Of a stretch of DNA of 64,000 nt, positions 40,202 to 52,578 are shown in pieces (the first letter of the stretch is position 1; each line of letters starts with the position of its first letter). The translations under genes and the position numbers were made by a program. The stretch lies in contig JBPGPT010000022.1 of assembly GCA_051047955.1 (NCBI GenBank), positions 1 to 64,000 on the forward strand, read 5' to 3'. This stretch comes from Cystobasidiomycetes sp. EMM_F5 (taxonomy: Eukaryota). The notes under the pieces were generated by a model. It was not told the origin of the DNA, ran no database searches, and saw nothing but the letters and a program-made list of their open reading frames with translations.

Positions 40202-40730
40202 GGCTGTTTTGAATGGAATATAAGGCCGTCAGATGGGTCAGGATGTGCAGATATTCGTCACATTCTCAGCTCTGTCAACGTGCAACTCGGAGCTTTATGA
40301 GACGCTCAGAAGCATCACGCAAAAAAGAGAACCGTTGTAAGAAGATCTTGGAAGACTCAAGCCTGGTCGACATGCACGGGCAAATGAGTCTTTGAGCATT
40401 CTGAAGCTCCAAGCTTTGCGCCGTCTAAGCTTCTTCTGCTCATGTGGTGCGCCGGCTTTCGCCCTCGGCGCTCAAGTTGCCGTTCCATCGCATCCGTTAC
40501 ATATTTCATTGAGTAAGAATGAGTGTGTAAGGGGGTAAACCCCATCTATCTCTCTCCGGCCCGTCTTCGCACTCTCGCATTTCTTCCTCGGCGATTGGCG
40601 GCCCGTAATCGTCCCCTTGATCGCGTTCTTTATCTTCTCCAATCTCTCCCTCTCTCTCTTGCTTTTCTCGCTGATCCTATTGTGCCAGACTCTCTTGTCT
40701 AATCCTCACGCTCATTCGTCTTTACATCCT

Positions 40731-42455
40731 TCATTCCCATTCATCGTCATCCCTTGCCGCACCAGCCGGCTGAGGCGGGGCTCCCCATCCCGACGTCTCA
40801 TCCGCACTGATTTGCTGCTCAATCTTTGCCTTTTCCTGAACAGACGCAGGTCCCCAAGCGCGCTTCTTCGACACACTGACATCGTTTGAGCCAGTGATGC
40901 GACCAGGATGGCCGGCACTGGTTCGCGAAGGGAAGAGCGGGTCCTTCTCCGCAATTTCGATGCCCGCAGAACCAAGACCTGGAATGGTGTCCCATTCATC
41001 AATCATCTCTTGACGAGAAGGGTGTACATTGAACCAGCTGTTCGGTTTGGATGAAGTGACATCGACCCGTGCATTCGACAGCACAATCGTCGGAGAAGAA
41101 AGGACGGTGGAATCTGGACTCGATACGGAATTGACAATTGACGGCTGGTCGGTGTCCCGAGCATCTTGAAACTGATTCGCAAGAGTTGCGTGAGGTCCTC
41201 CGGTCTTTGGTCCATAGAGAGCTGCTGCATGACTCGAGGGCGGCAAGCTTGTGCCTGGAGAGCCTGGGTCTGTTCCGTCAAGAACGGGAGAAGTGTCTAC
41301 TACAGCTTCACTAGAGCTATCAAGCTCTCCGATGGCTGGCAGAATGTGCGACATTTCGCCAGAAGATCCTTCAGTTCTGTCGGTGGCAGCTGTAAAGAGG
41401 CGCTGGCGTAAAGTTTTGCGAACGGGCATTGACATCGCCGACTCGTCTGACGGACCGGAGATACAAGGGCCGCTCTCGTCCGCGTCATCCCACTCGTCCC
41501 GCACACCCCTTACCGCGGAGAGGGCCGGGTCTGCAGCGGAGGGTGCATCGTCACCCCAGTCATCCCCCGTTGCCTTCGAGAGAGATGTCAGCCCACTCTT
41601 AATGCAATTCTCGTGAAGCGTCACTTACAGCCGCTGTAGCTTGTACAGCTGCTCCTGCCGGAGCTTCGTCGCCCCAATCGCCTGCATCAGCCTACGAAGC
41701 AAGTCCAGGATCAGCAAATACATCCAAGTATTTAGCGAGCAGAAACCACAATCACTGCAGGAGCTACATTTGCCGTCCAGTCATCTGCACCAGCAGCTGC
41801 AGTTGCTACAGCTCCCCAGCCGCCATCCCCGGCACCATCTGCGATGACTTCAGATTCGACTGTATTGGCTGAGGGTATGTAACCTGAGCGCGACTCGATG
41901 CATTTTTGGGAATGCACGGCGTTGACTTGAGTCAGTACGCTAAGTGATGTGGGGTATAACAGCGTGATTGCAGAATGGAGACAGGTACAGGAATGCAAAA
42001 AGACGAAAGGTGTCCCAGTCAGCGAGTATCGATTCTTCTAGAAAAGACGACGCTCACAATGCAGTCTGGTGAGGCTCCCAAGGATTGCAAGCGATATACC
42101 ACTCTTCCATCCCCGCTTTCTTCGCCTTGAGTCGTTCAGCAGCGGCCAACGCAGCAACCGATACTGCCGTGAAGCCATACGAGCAAAACAGCTCGTCGGT
42201 AGCTGTAGCCGCTGTAGTATCTTCCTCCTGTCCCCAACTTTCCGGAGCAGCGTCTGCCTTTTTGTTTCGATTTTCACAGGCATACTCCCTACGACCATCA
42301 GAGTCGACAAAAAGCGCCAGGCTGTGGCCCTTGGACTGCGTATAGAGAGCGAGGTGCTCGTTGAGCGTTTCCGCATTAATGAACCGGTCTTGGAGGCATG
42401 GCACGGTCGGGCTATCCCGCCAGAGAGGCAGCCGGAAGGTGGGTACACCTGGCAT
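40731..42455 (-). CDS. Hypothetical protein with N-terminal FAR1/WRKY-GCM1-like Zn domain and acidic W-G motif-containing disordered tail
   Basis: RFINAETLNEHLALYTQSKGHSL...YAC...FCSYGF...F|VLTQVNAVHSQKC via intron 41940-42057; tail with DDWGD, DEWD, SWG, GWG. Confidence 0.55.
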
Positions 42456-43162
42456 GGTTTGCGGATAGCGAGGATGTCAATGACGGAGCAGTGTGCAGTA
42501 GTTGGTGTCTAGACAAGGAAATCAACAACAATAAACAACAAAAACATTGATGTGCACTCCTTGCAGGGCCTAGCGTGACATCCCTGTTACTCCCAAACTC
42601 CGTGTCTGACAGAATTTGTAATCATCCAACGACAAGGACTAGCCGCTGACCTGTACTGATGCGATATGTGGGCGAGTAACTGATAAGAGTACTCATTTAA
42701 TGACTGATGCAAGGTGGAAAGGCCGCCTTCGGTGACTCTGCCTATCCGCGTTCTGTTGCCGTGATCTGGTGCCTGGGCCCCGCTTGCAACCAATCTCCTA
42801 ATCACTGACGACATCCTGAGACTGAAGTCTGTGCCCTCACACAATGCTAACGTCGCACTAGACCAGCTTTTACTGCTCCTCCACCCTTTGCGGGCAAGAA
42901 ACGGGACGTCACTCACGCAGAAGTGTCTGACCCCCACACGATACTCACGCTTCTTGTCGTTCTTGTCAGACACTGATCAGCGAACAGGCATAAAAGGCTG
43001 CAGCCAGACGCAATGCTTCTCTCCTTCATTCGGACCACTCGGTCCCCGGCAGCAGTCTCTGTCTGTACAGACTCGGACTTCTGCCGTATGAAGCAGCACT
43101 TTGCTCAATGAAGCCATAGACGGACTGGCTGGTCATTCTACACCACCCACACGCCTCTCGAG

Positions 43163-43848
43163 ATGTCCTCTGCGTCTATTAACATGACTGTGAATGCCGG
43201 AACCGCTGCACCACAATTGGGTCCGCTGTTTTTTGAGGTACAGGACGTGCGTTACGCACGCGAACCACCGAGGTTAGTTGCTATTCCTCACAAGCCGAGC
43301 ATTATTAGATTGAGGCTGAAATTGCTCGTATGACACAGGCTGCATCTGTTGCCTCCGGACGTACAGATCATGGTCCAGTACCTCCGTTATACGGCGTGGA
43401 GGTCGTGCTTGAGTAGTCCAAGCACGGCGGTTTCCTATTATTACAAGGATCTGTACCGCCAACGGGAACTGGGGGAGGCAGTCCCACTGGAATTCCTCAA
43501 CACTGTCAGAGAAGCCAAGGGCTATGTGATGGACGTTATACCAGGGATTACTAAGTGATACCCCTGGGTTCGGGCCCGTCATGTGAGGTACTCTTCTCTT
43601 TCGATGCGGACAGCGATGGCTGGCGGCGGCCGACAATCCGCATGAGCCTGTCCGCTTACAAGCGAGGCCTCTCTCGTGAGTACACACTCCTTCAACTGAA
43701 GCTTTAGCGTTCTCTCGCAATGATGACTTTTTATCTGCTAGCCAAATACCGCCCAAATTCCAATTACTCCAAGGTGCAGGAGCTCCTTCGCAAGCGAAGG
43801 CCAGGACGGGTCTCGACATATGTCGAAGATTCAGCTTCTGACTCGTAG
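43163..43848 (+). CDS. Possible small hypothetical protein (~165 aa, 4 exons)
   Basis: Phase-consistent introns 43273-43338, ~43555-43613 and 43676-43741 join MSSASINM...REPPR LHLLPPDVQ...ITN DGWRRPT...PKYRPNSNYSKVQELLRKRR...DS*; no recognisable domain. Confidence 0.35.
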
Positions 43849-44598
43849 GTCGCACTCTTTGGATGCCGTCGTGTTGGCATGACTGGCCTGTAGTCGTCGC
43901 AAGCAAGCTGACGATTTCCCCGCATTCCTACTGAACAGACCGGATCAAGCGCCAGTCGCTTGACTCGACCATTGGAATGGCGCATTCTTTGGGTTCTTGG
44001 TTTTTCCTGTCAGTCTTGTTGCCAGAATTCAGCGTTATTACCCTGATCTACCTTATCTGCTAGTGACAGACCGTGTGAATCATCACGCTGGCGCCGCAAG
44101 CAGCACTCGCTTACAGTCAAATCCGTATGGAAGGGAACGCAGACGTGAGGTAGGGAATCTGCGACGAGCAGGGCGGGAGACACTCACAGTGGCATATGTG
44201 GCAGGAGCCACGCATAAGCTGTATTGCCACTGCCTAACAGCAATACCATCTTCGTTTCTCGTTGTATCTTAGACTCAGTAACCATGCCGGTTGGCAACAT
44301 CCACTGGTTATGCCGACTGACGACAGCAAAGCTTCCTCATCGATGAGCAATGCAGAACTCGTCAGCTTACAATAGCATCACTCGCGGCCTAGATAATGAG
44401 TTGGTCATCTTCACAAGCATTGTCGACAGTTGGACATGATTTTACAAGCTGTTGTATAGGCCATAACGACGGCATACGCATACGTGTGGTCAGCAGTGCT
44501 TGTTCGGCTGAAGTGCAGGCGCTAGCGTCAGCAGAAACGCGGAACGCCCGCAGATCAGACCCTCGCAGATGACCTTGAATTTCAGCGTTACACTGTTT

Positions 44599-47500
44599 TC
44601 ACGCAAATTCTACCCATATTTGAGCAGCTTGGAGACCCTGGTACACTAAGCCATCCGACGGGATCTCGAGCAAGCCAATATTTTCGATGTATCTTGCGAT
44701 GTCTTTTGCAAACTGGGAAAACGGGATTATTAGCTTGCAGCGACTCGCATCAAAGCAGTGGACTCACCGCTCGGCAGAACTCTGCGAACCATCCCCGTGC
44801 GAACCATCTTGCCCACTCATCTTGTTCCGAACCACTGCCATGCGCAGCGAATGTCGCAAGGAATTGCCTGACTACTTCGACAAGGAGATTCGCTTGTTCT
44901 TGCTGGAGGTTAGCGAGCTGCTTTTCCGCGGCCGCAACTTCTGCAGCACCATTGCTGGCAGCTTCGTCGCCTGATTTACCACAACTCATCAGCAAAAACA
45001 GCAATAAAGCCATCGTCAATCTTACCTTCAACGACTTCTGCGCCAGCAGCAGCCTCGGCGTCCACGCGGTCTTCCTCTCGCTTTCGGAGTACCTGCAATC
45101 GTGCGGTCGTATTGATGACGCGAGTCTGAACCTTCTCTAGTGTCATCCGCAGGATATCCCAGCTTGTCACCGAACTCCAGTCACGACCCGCCGCGCTATC
45201 CTCCTCCTCGACACTCCCACGCTCGCCTCCAAACACCCATCCTACGACATCGATTGGGTCGACGATGCGGTATTGTAAGAGCTTGTCGAAGACGATAGTG
45301 CTGAATTGAGAGTTCTCCGTCCAGAAGCGTGACACACTGCGCAGTAGCGCTAGCCGATCTGCAGACTGTGCGGTAAACTCTCGCAGAAGGGCGATGTATC
45401 GTTCCAGGATATTCAGGAAATGCGAAAAGGATCGAGATCCGACGACCAGCATGCACTGATAGACGATATCTTTGATGAGTCGCTCAGCTGCTTCTTCCGA
45501 AATTGGTTCATCGCCGATTTCGCCAGCAATGGCGTCCGTTCTGATAGTTTGCAGCTGATCTTTGAGCTCTTGCACAGTGGCTTTGCTTCGCATCGCACGA
45601 AGCACATCGTTTGCAGGCACCTGATACGGAGATCGGCCATCTGTCTCATAAGTGAAGCTATGACTGGGCGCATGTCGAGCAATCACGTCTCCAGAAGCAG
45701 TGTAGCTTTCGGGCAGGGTGGACTTGATGCGATCATAGTAGCTGAGTCGGATCTCTAGTTCGATCACACGGGCAATGAACACCTTTTTCGGATGCGAATG
45801 TGGTAGCGCAAGATCCGCTTCCCTACATACAGTAAAATCATCAGTTACGATTCGAGAAATGCCTTATTGGCGGCTCACCATTCAGGCCATCGCCAATGGA
45901 AGCCGAAGTTGGACAGATGGATTGCAAACCATTCTGCGTAACGACGTAGTCCTTCTGGACCAAGCACGACGGTACCTGGCTCCGATGCGGTCCCATCAAT
46001 CTGGCCTAAGCCAGCGTAAAGCTTCCGAATACATTTGCCCAGAGCTGGAGCGACCGTTTGCGGAGACACTTTACACAATTCGCCAATGAGGGATTGATAG
46101 TAGACTGCCTTGTGCGGTGATGATGGCGTTGAAAATAGTTCCGACAAAATTACCTCCATGACGATATTTTCATAATTGTACTGCGGTCCTGTAGCGGCTT
46201 CTTCTGCAGATGCAGTGGCAGACTTGATTGTACCAGTCGCAAACCATTTTGGGACATCCTGTAGCAAGATTCTCGCGCATTCTTTACGGTTCACTTCGTA
46301 TACAGAGATGACATCGGCTAGGGTTTGACGAATGTAAAACCCGTCCGCAGATCGCGGTTCCGGCACCGTGTCGTCTGTGAAGAGTGAGAAATGTGCTCTT
46401 ACGCCGGCGTAGCCAACTAGATCTCTTGCAAAGTCTGTATCTGCTGCACTGACAGCAATTGCGCTCGTCTTGCTCTCGGACCCATCGCTTTCCGACTCGA
46501 TTGGCAGCGAAACTAGAGGCAGCTGATATGGATCATTGGTAGAGTCTGACGGTTCTGTCAGCTTTGAGACAAACTGATACGGCGTCGCGAGAGCTTGTGG
46601 CAAGGTCGAAGAGCCGTTCAACGTTTGAAATAGCAGCTCAATCGGCTACGAAGAAGATATCAGCTTGAGTCTGCGGAGAGATGACGACAAAGTTGCGTAC
46701 ATCAAGCCACTGTTGCACATTGCCGCTGTCGCCGCCTAAAAAGCCCAAGTCTAGCTTGCGGAGGCCAAGATAGTTCTGGATGCCGTTGGCAATCGCAGCC
46801 ATATCGTCGCCTGCCCTCAGGTCCGGGCGAAGGAGAAGCAGAGTCTCGAGAACTATCCGGACAAGCTCATCTCCACGAGCAGCACGGAGACCGGGCTCAT
46901 TCTCCAAGACTGTTACGAAGGACTGTTGAAGCGTCGCGAGCAGGCTTTCCGGTGCTACGAGTGGGCGCAGGAGGGAAGCTAAGTGTGCGAGAAAGAGCAT
47001 CTGGTGAATCATAACGACGCTTTAGCTCGGACTACGCGACACTTGCTCTGCATGACAACACACCGTGAAGCGGACACTTCTCCATCTCCGTCCGTCGAGA
47101 TGATTTTGCAGTGATTTGACGAGATCTTTGACAATCTCGACCCCAATATTGACCGGGGCTGGTGTCGTTGGCGTCTGTACAGACATGTCTGCGTCTGCGG
47201 CTTCTTCACTTTCCATTGAAGCCGGCTTTGCTGCTGGTTTTGGGGTCAGAGTCTCTTCTGCCAGCAGAGCCAGCAGTGTCGCAAAGTGCTGGAGCTTGTG
47301 AGGGCATTCGGCGATACTTGACATGTCGAGCAGCATTCGTCAGATATCTTTTCGACTTTGCCAGGCCATTCGACCGGGATGCCAGACTCACGCTATCCTG
47401 AATCCGCGCACGACATCCTCCCTGCTTCCCTTTGACCATATCTCACACGTCTGAGCCTTCAAGCCGTCAAAGTCGTCCAGAGTTGTGCCCGTAAATCTCG

Positions 47501-47879
47501 ACGTTTCCTCTGCCGACAAGCCTGGCACCTCGTCGCCAAACCGCCATAGGTCGATGCAGTACTTGTCCCCGACGCTGAGCAGCTCCTTGACGTCCCTGTC
47601 GTACTTTTCCCGTCTTGGGTAGCTGCCATTTCCTGGTCCACCAGAGTACCGAGGACCTCTACGGAATGGCCTATCGTATGACCCACTGGGTAACGCGGCG
47701 TCGATATCCAGCCGCTGTCGCTTTCCGTATCCGTCGTCGCCGTCCCTCCCTCGCTTCCTGTTTCCACCGCCAGGACTGCCGTATCCACCGCCGTAGCTGC
47801 CGTACCCGCCGTACCCTGGAGGGGCACCCCACTGCCCAGGGTAGCCCCCGCCCCAGCCTGCGCCAGGGTACGATGCCAT
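44599..47879 (-). CDS. STO1: Nuclear cap-binding protein subunit 1 (CBP80/Sto1); spliced
   Basis: N-terminal basic NLS (NRKRGR...KRQR), ECPHK...ATL, RWRSVRF, WFAIHLSNFGFHWRWPEW, EIRLSYYDRIKSTLP, GSRSFSHFLNILERY. Confidence 0.92.
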
Positions 47880-48110
47880 GGACTGTGCCGGTGAAGCTGC
47901 AGCGATGCTCCGACTTTGTTGGCGAGTTTTGTCGTTTTTGAACGGAGTCGAGGGGAGGATATCCTCAAATTATGCAGAGACGCAAGGCAGCAGTCGAGGT
48001 TTACGTAAACGACCGCTCGAATTACACCACTATCACAGGTAGACTACTACTACAACATCACAGAAGCAAGAAAGAGCTGCCCAGACTGAGACGGAGAGAC
48101 GGGCGAAAGA

Positions 48111-50290
48111 TCAGCCAAACAGACGCTTCTCGTGACTAACGAGCCCATGGACATTGCCTTCCATCTAGAAGACACAACACCGAGTCAGCATGCCAAGTAG
48201 TGCTGCATTTATGCAGCCAAACCTGCCTGAGCACTCGCACTGCGCAGCTCGAATCGAAGTTTGCCAGAATCGGCACACTCGCGCAGCTCGCCAAGGTTTC
48301 GCATGCCCATGTCCTGTAGCAAACTTGTCAGCTGTTATTAGACGTTATAACAGTAGCACAACCTACCTGTAGGGAGTGTTGAAGACCGGCAATTAGATAA
48401 GGGATGTAGCCGTGAAGCGATCTGTAGTAAAAGTCAGTATGTCTGAAGCGCAAACATACGCTAGAGTGTTCACCCCTTGTCTTGCACGCTGCCAGTGACA
48501 CCTTGTGCTACACGCACGACAGAATCTTCTGCGAAATATCTCGAAGTGGCCGCGTTATCCGAGCTCGAATCCTTTGTGACCTTCTTCCCTCCTGCAGTCG
48601 TCTTCTGGACCTTCTGATGTTCCATAGCATCGATGGAGCCCATGCCGCGATATCGCTTGAGCCGCTTGCCTTCGTGGTAAAAGACTTCGCCGGGCGCTTC
48701 TGTCGTTCCAGCGATGAGGGAACCCATCATGACTGCCGAGGCGCCCAACACGAGCGCTTTGGCGATATGTCCAACGTTACCTATACCGCCGTCCGCAATG
48801 ACGGGTACGCCGAATCTATTCGCGAATTGAGATACCGAGTAGACGGCTGTGCCTTGTGGCCGACCGCACGCAGTGACTTCTTGCGTAATGCAGATGGATC
48901 CACTGCCCATTCCGACGCGAAGTCCATCGGCTCCCGCTACAATAAGCTCAGCAGCCTGTTCCCGAGTGACGACATTGCCAGCAATGACATCTATCCCTGG
49001 ATACGTCGCCTTGATCCACTGAATCATCTCGACCTGGAACGTAGAGTTGCCTTGAGAAGAGTCGAGGACGACGATATCGAGACCCGCTTCGACTAGGAGA
49101 GCCAGTCTCTCTCTGTCGGCAGGGCGAGTGCCAATAGCAGCGGCGCAAAGCAGCTGCTTGCTGTCCGGCTTCTTGGACGCTAACGGATATTCCTTGTTTT
49201 TGAGCAAATCTGAACGAGCCAACAATGAGACCAAGCGGCCTTCGCTGTCTACCAAGGGCAATTTGCCCTTCTTCGAGTCGCGCAGAACCGCATTCGCTTC
49301 TTCGAGGGTGATGCCTTGTTGCGCGACAACGAGATCGGGTGGCTGAGTCATGACGGAGGAGAGGAGAGTATCTGAGGCGCGGAACTGGACATCTCGAGCA
49401 GTGACGATGCCTAGCAGCTTGCCATACAGCTTGCCAGTATCTAACGGAACAATCAAGTTGCATTAGCGGGCGCTCTGTGCAGGCATTCGGAGAGACACGG
49501 GGGAAGAGTAGAGGAAATCAGAGGACATAGGTTGATCAAGGTTTCCACATCGGGTTATCCGTATACGGTAGAACGAAGGTTAACAGCATGATTGAGTTTT
49601 CATCGCGTATATCGGGAAAGGAATCGAGAGGCCAGGCTGGACTTTCGCGAGAGAGCTTACCAGTAACAGGGATACCAGAGTATCCAAACTGCTCCTTGAT
49701 GTCCAGGACATCCGCAACGGTATTGTCGGGCTTCAGGCACGCAGGGTCGGTGATGAAGCCGTTTTCAAACTTCTTGACCTTTCTGACCATCTCTGCTTGC
49801 AACTGCGCTGGCATGTTGTGGTGGATGACTCCGATGCCTCCAAGGAGCTGTGCGCATCAACGATACGGTTCATCGTAGCTTCTTGATTCAGCGAAAGCCA
49901 TGCAGACTTTTCGGACGGATGAAACATACAGCCATTGCGATAGCAGCAGCGTGTTCGGTGACGCTGTCCATGGGCGACGACACGAAAGGCGCTTTGATAG
50001 TGTGGTTCTGTGTATGATGTGCTCAGCCAAATCACTCCAGACCAATGCCGCGATAACAGGCTCACCTTGGTCAAGCGAGTGCTGAGCTCGACGGCCGACA
50101 CGGGAAAGGATATGCGACCAGGGAGCACGAGGATATCATTGTAGGTGAGTCCGCCGTGCTTTGTGTCGTCCATGAGCTCGTCTATGCTCAGCCCATCGCG
50201 GCGGTCGTAGCTGCTCAGCACCTCGCGCGCCGTCTTTGGGTCGAGGTACTGCTGGCTGGTCGAGCCATTGGTGTGCTGTGTGCTGACCAT
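48111..50290 (-). CDS. IMD: Inosine-5'-monophosphate dehydrogenase with CBS domains; spliced
   Basis: [67 protein letters not shown]-terminal [16 protein letters not shown]. Confidence 0.97.
49514..49610 (-). ncRNA. snR54: Intronic box C/D snoRNA, snR54-like (guide for 18S Am974 equivalent)
   Basis: Inside a ~200-nt IMPDH intron: C-like box GCGATGA (49606-49600), guide TAACCTTCGTTCT (49582-49570) complementary to 18S AGAACGAAGGTTA, degenerate D', D box CTGA (49521-49518). Yeast snR54 lies in the IMD4 intron. Confidence 0.8.
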
Positions 50291-50865
50291 GTTTCTGCTC
50301 GGTGGTTGGCGATATCGTTCGTCTGGTCGGGCAAGAGTTTGCGCAGAGCAAAGCAGCAACTTGGGAAAAGAAAGCAACATCGATGTAAATGATAATCAAG
50401 CAAAACACGACCAAGTCAAAATAATGCCCTTACTTTCATCTAACCACCACCATGTTGCATTTCAATCGCACGCTTTTTAATTTGGATATCTCCAACTCTG
50501 TACGCGTCGCTGACAAATTTAAAGCATCGACGCGATACATACTTCTCCACGGCCGTGGTGCACTGAACAGACCGTCAGCTGACCAATTCTCTGATCAGCG
50601 TCGTCGTAAACGACCAGATTCGTAACTTGTCAATTAAATTGCAGCCCGATGTCAAATTTAGCATTGACTGCAAGAAGTTACGCAAAAGAAGTTTGCTTTG
50701 GGGATGCATTATATCTGGACTGACACGCAGGATATGTGTGCTTCACATTACAGCACAGCTATATGTGAAGCGTCAATCTGGGTAAATGGTACCGATGAGC
50801 GGCCACGCAGGTCTTGGCATACCGTACCGCTCGGGGCCCGGTGTAGAGAGTTCACTCCCGATGCC

Positions 50866-51144
50866 TCACTCGACTGTACTGGTCACCGTGGTGAATTGAT
50901 CGACCCAAGCATTTCCATTGTATAATGTATACGGTCCGACGGTTGTTTTGAGTCCCCGATATAACTGGGTACCGCTCGGCAGAGTACTGTCGCCTGTAAC
51001 AAAATGCCAGTATCCCATTGTCTCGGTTGTAGTGTATACAGGCGCAGCGTGTGTTGTGAAGCCTAATGACGCAGAACATACTATAGCCAGCAATGCCAGA
51101 TTACTGGTAGTCTTAGCGATACGGATGTACGTGGAGAGATGCAT
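50866..51144 (-). CDS. Small Cys-poor, Thr-rich secreted protein, copy A
   Basis: Signal-like N-terminus, then AAPVYTTTET...STLPSG...GLKTTVGP...TVE; may have a short extra 3' exon (GTGAGG donor at the stop). Confidence 0.7.
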   Translation of the reverse strand: MHLSTYIRIAKTTSNLALLAIVCSASLGFTTHAAPVYTTTETMGYWHFVTGDSTLPSGTQLYRGLKTTVGPYTLYNGNAWVDQFTTVTSTVE

Positions 51145-51341
51145 ATTCAGATTGCTGATCTGTAGATTTAGCTGTAAATGTCGAGATGGAGGGATGCGTG
51201 AAGCAAAGAGATCAAACATTGCCCGAGGTTGCACATGTCTGCTTTTGTGAACAGAGATGTTGCTGAGACACATAGCCCCGCTACCCAGAATAGAGTTTAT
51301 CCTTTCGCGGATGCACTTCACGACGCACCGCTTCGCACACC

Positions 51342-51379
51342 GGAAGGACAGCCTCGGACGTTCTCCGACGTGAAGAGCG
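51342..51379. promoter_or_regulatory. Conserved upstream block with TCGGA-N5-TCCGA palindrome (copy A)
   Basis: 37/38 nt identical to 52579-52616; ~200 bp upstream of the ATG. Confidence 0.55.
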
Positions 51380-52091
51380 CAGAGAACAATGGAAAAACCA
51401 CGGCGAGATGTGTCCAATCTCATGGTAGAGGACCGATCGCGTGGACGTGTTCATTCTACGGAAGGAGTTGAGGTAGTAAGCCGGCTCTAAAGTTCCTGAA
51501 TCTTTGTCCGTTTGTCGAATGGATCGGAAGGCGGTCACGACAATGATTATCCAGGCTGGGCGTTTGTCGGTATCGTCGTATGCATCAAAATCACTACGAT
51601 TGTTTGGCGGAAGGCGATCTTCAAGTTTCTTGAAGTTCGCACGCTGATTAGACTGCCCATGGCAACAGTCTGGGTCTATTGCTGATGTGGCAGAAATCAC
51701 GGTAAAAGACCCAACCTTCTTGGTATAATGCATGTCTTATATTCCAGCTTTCGTTATGTCATCGCTTGAAACGGACCATACTGACTTCCATGGCAAATCG
51801 AAGTCACCCTAGATTACAGCCAGAGGTAATTGGCTGATCTGCAAATGTAACCCGATGTCATCCTAAGTGTCAAAGCCAAAATTTACGCGGAATGGGAATT
51901 TGTCGGGCTGCATAGATACTGTCTAATACGCAAGGCAGGTATGGCTTGCAGAATAGCATAGCTAAATTTCAACGTGTCAATCTCGGTACGTGGTACTTGC
52001 GCAATACCACATGGCATGCGGCGTGACATGTCCTTCGTACGTCTGTGACGCTCCGATGCCTTCGAGGCATTGTAAGGCACTATGGCATACC

Positions 52092-52373
52092 TCACTCGAC
52101 AGTCCTGATCCGCGTCGTCACCGGCTCGGCCCACATGTCTCCATCGTGTAATGTGAGGGGTCCAACGGTTGTCTTTAATCCCTCGAATGTGAGGGTACTA
52201 CCGCTCGGCAGGGTACTTCCGCCTTTGATGAAATGGTATGATGCCACCGTCTCGGTTGTGGTGTATACAGGTGCCGCACGTACGGCGAGGGGTATCAGAG
52301 CAGAGCATACCATAGCCAGCAATATCAAACTGCTAGCAGGTAAGGAGAGATGTAAGTATGCGGAGAGGTGCAT
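52092..52373 (-). CDS. Small Cys-poor, Thr-rich secreted protein, copy B
   Basis: Clear paralogue of 50866-51144 (AAPVYTTTET, STLPSG, GLKTTVGP, TVE); TATAAA on the minus strand at ~52471-52476. Confidence 0.7.
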   Translation of the reverse strand: MHLSAYLHLSLPASSLILLAMVCSALIPLAVRAAPVYTTTETVASYHFIKGGSTLPSGSTLTFEGLKTTVGPLTLHDGDMWAEPVTTRIRTVE

Positions 52374-52578
52374 AATCAGGTGTACGGGTTATTGAAGGCT
52401 GAGACTGTTGAGGTGGGGTAATGCTTGAATAGACATGAGCCAACACTGAGTAGGTTCAGACGTGACCGCTTTATATCCAGAGATCTCACCATTGCCATTC
52501 ACTGCCTTCAATAGCCACGCTGCTGAGAATAGAGTCTACCTTTCTCGTATGTATTTCAGCACGCACCGCTCCTACATT

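Noticed and set aside
42696..42708. ATTTAATGACTGA resembling an snR51 (18S Am100) guide
   Set aside because: Only 9 nt match, wrong register relative to the D box, and no C box.
43274..43906. 210-aa minus-strand ORF
   Set aside because: Non-ATG start, no recognisable features, and antisense to a phase-consistent plus-strand model.
48111..50290. IMPDH as a self-resistance gene of a mycophenolate-type cluster
   Set aside because: No PKS or other biosynthetic neighbours, and it hosts the ancestral snoRNA, so it looks like the housekeeping copy.
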